DNA of 64,000 nucleotides from the NCBI RefSeq assembly GCF_009914755.1, contig NC_060925.1. One strand, written 5' to 3'. This stretch comes from the human T2T-CHM13v2.0 reference genome, Homo sapiens. A program made the position numbers and the translations under genes. The notes below the pieces were generated by a model. That model was given only the letters and a program-made list of their open reading frames with translations, made no database searches and was not told the origin of the DNA. Shown here piece by piece: positions 57,597 to 64,000 of the stretch (the stretch's first letter is position 1; every line of letters starts with the position of its first letter).

Positions 57597-58850
57597 CAGT
57601 GAAGAGGATGGGGATCAGGTGGAGGTGTGAAAAGAACAAAGGTTTAGAATAGTCCCAAAGGGAAATGGAAGTATTCTGAACTAAAGGATTCAAGTGTTTG
57701 AGCCTAGACAACTGAACAATGATGACTGCATTGACAGAAATGGGAATTGTTTGGGGGAAGATGCTAAGGATGTTTTTGGAGCTGTTAAGTTCAGGCAGTG
57801 GCAGAAAATCCATGGGAACAAGTCCTACACATGTTGAGAATATCTCGAGGGTATATTAAAAGCCAGCATCCTCTCCAGCTTCCAGATTCTGCTAACAGAA
57901 CTGCGTAGCTGGCTGCTAGGCAGAATCGGGTGGTGACTTCCTCACACAGAGGAGGCGGTAAAACCAATGAGATGTTCAGGAACATGCTGTGGGAGAATCT
58001 CTAAGCACAAAGTCATATAGACTTATCAATGTTGATATTATTATTGGATTCCTGATGCCTTGTTAGTTGAAAAGGTCATATGGGGTAAAGTAAGTAGGCT
58101 GGACAAGAACTCTTCTGGTACCTTTCTTTTTCTTTCTGTCTCTATTAGCAAAGCCGTGCTCAGAGAACATGCTGAGAAAAACAACAGAAAGAAAAAAAGG
58201 GTGAACGCCCCACCCCTACTCCATCACCTTTCTCTCTGCCCCAGCTTTATGTCTGCTCATACTTCTAGCATACTTCATACCTTCTCTTAGTTGGCAAATT
58301 TGTGTAGAGGTGAAGGGCACAGAGCTTCTTTGTCCACACAGACACAAAAAGCAGCTCCTTTCTAGACCATTTCCTTCCTCCACTCCCTAGCTGCTTCATT
58401 AGTGTTCCTGTCCCTCTGTTCCTCCGTCCAGGACTGACTTTTAGCAGGTATGCACTGGTAGGGCCATGCAGATTGTTAAAATTTTTACATACTTTCTCAT
58501 CAGATGGTAAATAACTACTTCCTGGAGTTCCTTGAATCCTCCACCCCTGGGGCTGCCTCAGCCCCTTCCTTAGGACCCCCAGACTTCCCCACAGTCTAGC
58601 AACCAAAGAGATAATGGCTAGCACAGCATGGCCTCCTCACCCCAGCTCCAGCACTATGGTTGGCATTTCTGATTGATCATGATATGCCCTACTAGTTGTT
58701 AAATAGTTTTAATAGCACCCCTGCATCCATGCATCGATTTTTCCATTCAGCTGCATATTAAGCACTTACTGTGTCTCAGATGTTGGGCCAGGTGCTGGAG
58801 ATACACTAGTGAACAAGTGTTCACCTGCCTTTGCAGAATGTATAGTGTAG

Positions 58851-59072
58851 AGTAGGGTTTCTCAATCTTGTCACCGTTGACATTTTGGGCCAACAATTCT
58901 TTGTCACGAGGAGTTTTCTTGTGGATTGTAGAATGTTCAGGAGCATCCCTGGCCTCTGCCCCTAGAGACTAATAGTTTACTTCCCAGTTTTAACAGCCAA
59001 AAATGTGTTCAGACATTGCCAATTGTGCCCTTATGGGGGCAAAATCACCTCCCCACCCCCACCACATTGAGA
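58851..59072 (+). mobile_element. MER20 hAT-Charlie element within an L2
   Basis: GGTTTCTCAATCTTG..TTGACATTTTGGGCC...AGCATCCCTGGCCTCT...CCAAAAATGTGTTCAGACATTGCCAA...GGGGGCAAAATCACC. Confidence 0.88.
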
Positions 59073-59428
59073 GGATAAACAGTATTATCAAACAAATGAT
59101 CACAAAAATAAAAATACTGTTGAACAATATAAAGATGCTCTGGAGAAAACAAGCAGGCTACCATGAGCGAGAATGAAGGGAGACTGACTTTGGGTTCAAC
59201 TATGAAGCAAGGTCACGTGGATGAAGTGACACTTAATCCAAGGCCTAAGGGACAAGAAGGAGCCAGTCACATGAGGGACAAGGGACCAAGCATTCCTGGC
59301 AAGAGACCATCCCAAGACCAGGAAGGGCTTTGGCTGTTTGAAGAACAGAAAGAGGGCTCATAGGCTGCAGATAGGGACCAAAGGGAAGGGAGGTGCAAGG
59401 TGGGACTGGGGAGGTAGGCAGGAGCTAG

Positions 59429-59752
<324 letters not shown>

Positions 59753-62636
59753 TGATATTCTAAGAGTAATCCAAATGTTCGTGCAGTGTTTTCAGTAGGA
59801 AAATGATGGGTGCAGATTCATGTTTTATAAAGATCATCTGTCTGCTGAGTGGCAGCCAGTTGGAAGATGGTTATGGCGGTCCAGGCGAGAGTCTGAGGGT
59901 AGCCTGGAGCATGCCAGAGGAGTTGGACGGTTATGGATGGATTTGGAATTTGCCTTGCTTGTTTCTGATGCCTCACATATATTGGTCATGCCCAGGGGTT
60001 GGAAGTACTAGTTCTGGGACCACCTTTACTTTATTCAGTAGCATTTATTGAGTGCCCATTGTATGCCCAATGTGTAAGGCTGACCCAGGGAGCCCAAAAT
60101 CTATCAATATTAGAGACAGACACAAATGATAACCAAGTATAGAGGTGCCGTGATTCTATACGCATGAGGTGTTGAAGTCGTGGAAGGGAAGCTAATCTAA
60201 CTCAGGGGAAGGGGAGATCCAGGAAAACTGAGAAGGTGACACCTAAACTGATTTTCTTTAATTAGCTAGCTAAGTAAAGTGGGGGAGAATGGGCATGCCA
60301 GGCCCAGCACAACCCAGTAAAGATCCAGAGGATCCCAACAGCATGGCAGGGCAGAAGCATCAAGTCCAGAGACAGGTGAGAGAGGAGACTGGAGCAGGTG
60401 ACAAGGGCCAGATCATGTCAGCAAATGCAGCCAGAGGCTCCAGGAACAGCTGATGAAGTGGCAAAGGCAGGAGCAGAGGGGAAGTGTGGGGCCTCCAGCA
60501 CTGTCTGGTCTTCTCCAATACATCCACCCTTGCTACCAGGGGCACTTTCCTAAAGTCTACAACTGCTTAAGACCTCTCAAGGTTCATCTCTTCTTGTATG
60601 TCCCACAAGGACCCCCGCAATCTGGCTGTGGAATGTCCTCTTCCCACCCCACTCCTGGCACACCAAGTGACGTTTACTTTTGCAAACCTGCCACTCTCTT
60701 CTACGCCATGTGCCCACACTCATGCTGCTCCCTAACTCCTAAAAGGAGAAAGCACAAGATTGTTCTCACAATTAACATAATTCATATCAACTGAAATGTT
60801 TCATAATAGGGGATTTGTTTAGCAAACCAGTAGCCATTTAAATGATGTAGAAACATATTTTACATGAAAAAATAGTCATGATATATTAATTTTAAAACAG
60901 CACATACATGGTATAATCCTGGTAAGTGTATGTGCATTTTGTGTGTATGAGGGTATCGCAAAATGTTAGCTATGCTTATCTCCAAGTGGACAGAGTTATA
61001 GCAAATTTTAGTTTTTATCTTTTACGTAATTTAACATTTTTCTAATACACAAGTATTACTTTTATGATAAGAAGCAAACAACAAACAAAGCTGCTCTAGG
61101 GATCTGGTTGGCAATGTTCACAAGAGCGATTGACCTCTGGCTGGTGACCGTGACTGCACATTGTAGACACAGCAGTCTTTTTCTCCAGGAGGACTGCAAG
61201 CGAGACTAATTCATTAAGTGCTTTCAGTCCCGAAGATGACAGGAGCCAGGAAAGCATAAAGTCTTGTTACTACGACAGCCGGTAGCCTTGATGTCTGTGT
61301 CTTTATTTATTAACTGGACTTTATGTATCCATCCTCCCAGAAGCTCCAAGAGCTTCCCAGCTGACTTTGATACAGATCACATTCTCAAAATAGTATAGTC
61401 CATCAGTCAGAATAAAGACAGGGCCGGCTCAACGAAGGATTGAAACTCCAAGAACACTGTCCTAAGAGGCAAAATGAATGTGGGAGAGAATGTTGACTGG
61501 GGTCGGTGAGGTGTTAGGATAATCGAGTATTGAGCAGCAAACTGGATTTTTGGGTCACTTCCTTTAAGCTAATAATGATTGAATGCCTTTTTTTTTTGCA
61601 TCAGCTATTGAGTATAGCTCTAAACACATTCTTCCCTTTTACCTCACAGCAGTTCTGGGAGGAATTATTCCCATTTTAGAGCTGTTGAAACGGAGACTCA
61701 GAGAGAAGGAATTGCTGGTGAATCACAGAGCTTGTGTTTTAACATCGTTTCTGCACTGAACACCCCCCACTCCTCCACTTCCCTACTGAAAGGGTGCTGC
61801 TTAACGGCCAGGAATTTTAAAGCTTGGAAAATGTCCCATTGATTTTGGCAGGAAGCAGATACCAAATGCTCTTGTTGAATGGATGGATGGATGAATGAAC
61901 AAAAGAAAGAATGATTTTAAAAGGTCATATAATCGTATCAAGGCAGGGAGAGATAATCGTGTTAGAAACCTATCTCATAGATAGCTGCTACAAATGAATG
62001 TGGCAAGAATTCAATGGTTCTTTCTGTTTTCTACCCAAGATTTATAAGTAGATGCCTGTAATGGGAGTAAACATCAGGGGAGTCTTTTTTCCAGGGCTGC
62101 AGAGAATTGGGATCATGCTGGGTATGTGGGTCAGTCAGTCCTGTCACGGTTTGGGAGAGGAGAGGTGTTCACCTGGTTGCGCTCCTATGCACAAGGCTAG
62201 ATGTCTGCTGTTTTCATTTGCAGATTGCTTACAAGGTCCTTCCCTGTCCTAGCAATTTGCCTGCCTCACCCATGGTCTAGGGACACAGAGGAGAAGGAGG
62301 CCCAACTGGCACAGCTTCTTGGGGCACATTTGAGGGAAATGCTTTCTTTTTTTATTCAAGATTATATCAAGTGAAGAGCTGGTTTTCACCAACTTCAGGA
62401 ATGCTCAAGATGGGTTATTGGGTCAGCAAATAGACACTGAGGGAGGCTTCGGCTCACATCTCTTAGCTCCTTAGTCATCCTCCTTGCTGTGCAAGAAAAG
62501 GCTTGAATATACCTTCTTCCAGCTCTGCATTAGCCAGCAAGGGGAATGAGGCCATTGTGAACACACACTGTGGGGGCCTAGGAGAGAAATACTTCAGGCG
62601 ACATGATGATGGTCCTTATCTTCCAGGAGTTCCCAG

Positions 62637-63164
62637 GGTAGGGGAGGAAAAAATAATTTTCCTTCTGCTTTTCAGAGTTCATAGCTGGGACTCTCTGTAA
62701 CAAAAGACAAATCGACAGGAGAAAAACAAATAGAAATTTGTCAACATGTATACTTCATCTCTACATGGGAGATACTTAGGGAAAAAATAAGTAAATCTCA
62801 AAGAGGCAGCTTAGAATTCAGGCTTAAACACCATCTTCAGCTAAAGGCAAAAGAAAGAAGGGTGTGGGGGAGGCCAGTTATGGGGAGATGACCAGGCAAA
62901 TTATCAGAATAAAGTCTGTTATGCAGATGTAAGCCTGCTCCATTAGTAAGACCTTCTCGTGATTTAGCCATGCTTCTCTTCCTGCTACAGACACCCTTAC
63001 AAATGGTGATTTCCTTTATAGATGTAACTTTCCCTTACAAAAGGGTAACTTCTACTCTCTTTTCAGAGCTTCTCCTGTATCTGTTGTTTCTCAAAATAAT
63101 CAGCTCAAAATCATCCTTATGCCAAAGAGGCATATTTTGGCATGGCACGTTCTGGTCTCCTACA
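62637..63164 (-). mobile_element. MER34-family ERV1 solo LTR
   Basis: Minus strand starts TGTAGGAGACCAGAA..CCAAAATATGCCTCTTTGGCATAAGGATGATTTTGAGCTGATTATTTTGAGAAAC. Confidence 0.85.
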
Positions 63165-64000
63165 ACAGCTTCCTTGGACAGAGAATATGCACTGACTGTA
63201 GCATTACAGAGCAGTGCCATCGAAATAATTGTAAAAAACTTGTTGTGAGCAAAGGGGCTGAAAAACACCAGACTGGCTAGTTTCTTCTGAAAAATGAAGG
63301 CAGCTGGGATGCACTCTGCTTTTTCCTACTTTCCTGCTCTAAGGATGTGTAATTCTTTAATCAGAAGTCTAATAAGGTTAATCAGGAAAGACCTGAAGAT
63401 TTAGCTGATTTCTGAGAAAGGGCATAGGAGACTTTGGAGGACTATAAGCTCAGCCTGAGAGGAGACACAGGGTTTCTGGTGGTAGGTTATAGCAAGTCCC
63501 ATTTTACAGATGCAGAAACTGAAGGCCAGACCTCCTCCCCAAAATGGCAGAGAAATCCTAATGCTTGGACTTGTGCAATGGGTACAAGACAAGTGCCTTC
63601 CCTTGGCTGAGGAGAGTTTCTCTCCTAGAGGACTTAGCTGGGTGTGTGGAGGAGTCTGAATTCCTCCCCTTGAATTCCTTCCACTGCTTCTTTGCCAGTC
63701 CCATCCAACTCGGATGGGGAACTGCTTTTAAATATTATTTCTCAAAGACTACACACACACAAAGAGAGACAGAGAGAGAGAGTGCATGCTCTTTGTATTT
63801 TATTTGGGGAATCATAACGACTCTCAGGTGAAATAGAGAGCTGAACCAATCAAGCACTCTTCCCAGGGCTCAAAAGAAACAAGTGTCACAGAACTGGCTG
63901 GCAGCACTGCAGAAAATAGATGATGGGAACACCTGTGTGGGTGTGGGTGACCTTGACAAGGGAAACACTAGCCAGTATTTTTATCTGCCCACTTTGTCTC

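Overview
Primate genomic DNA, most likely human or a close ape (AluJ/AluS/AluY, L1PA, L1M, L2, MIR, MER and LTR elements). Roughly half or more of the window is interspersed repeat. I recognise no complete protein-coding exon, RNA gene or CRISPR array; the ORF-track entries are Alu/L1 read-throughs, random short ORFs or GC-rich stop-poor frames. The main functional landmark is a ~2.2 kb CpG-island promoter (~42450-44700) with GC boxes, CCAAT, an E-box and an NF-kB-like site. It carries a probable + strand first exon (donor CGG|GTAAGC at 43328/43329) and is followed by what looks like a long first intron to the window end. I cannot name the gene. I found no new multi-gene system. The most unusual signal is a set of fossil DNA-repair and retrotransposition events readable base by base: an Alu carrying a fold-back plus an exact inverted 26-bp copy of sequence 1.1 kb away, a 48-bp locally templated copy, several template-switch hairpins, a probable L1 3' transduction, a 3'-truncated L1 with a target-site duplication (TSD), and a ~40-bp mini-insertion. 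Repeat subfamily names are from recalled consensus features; boundaries of old elements are approximate.
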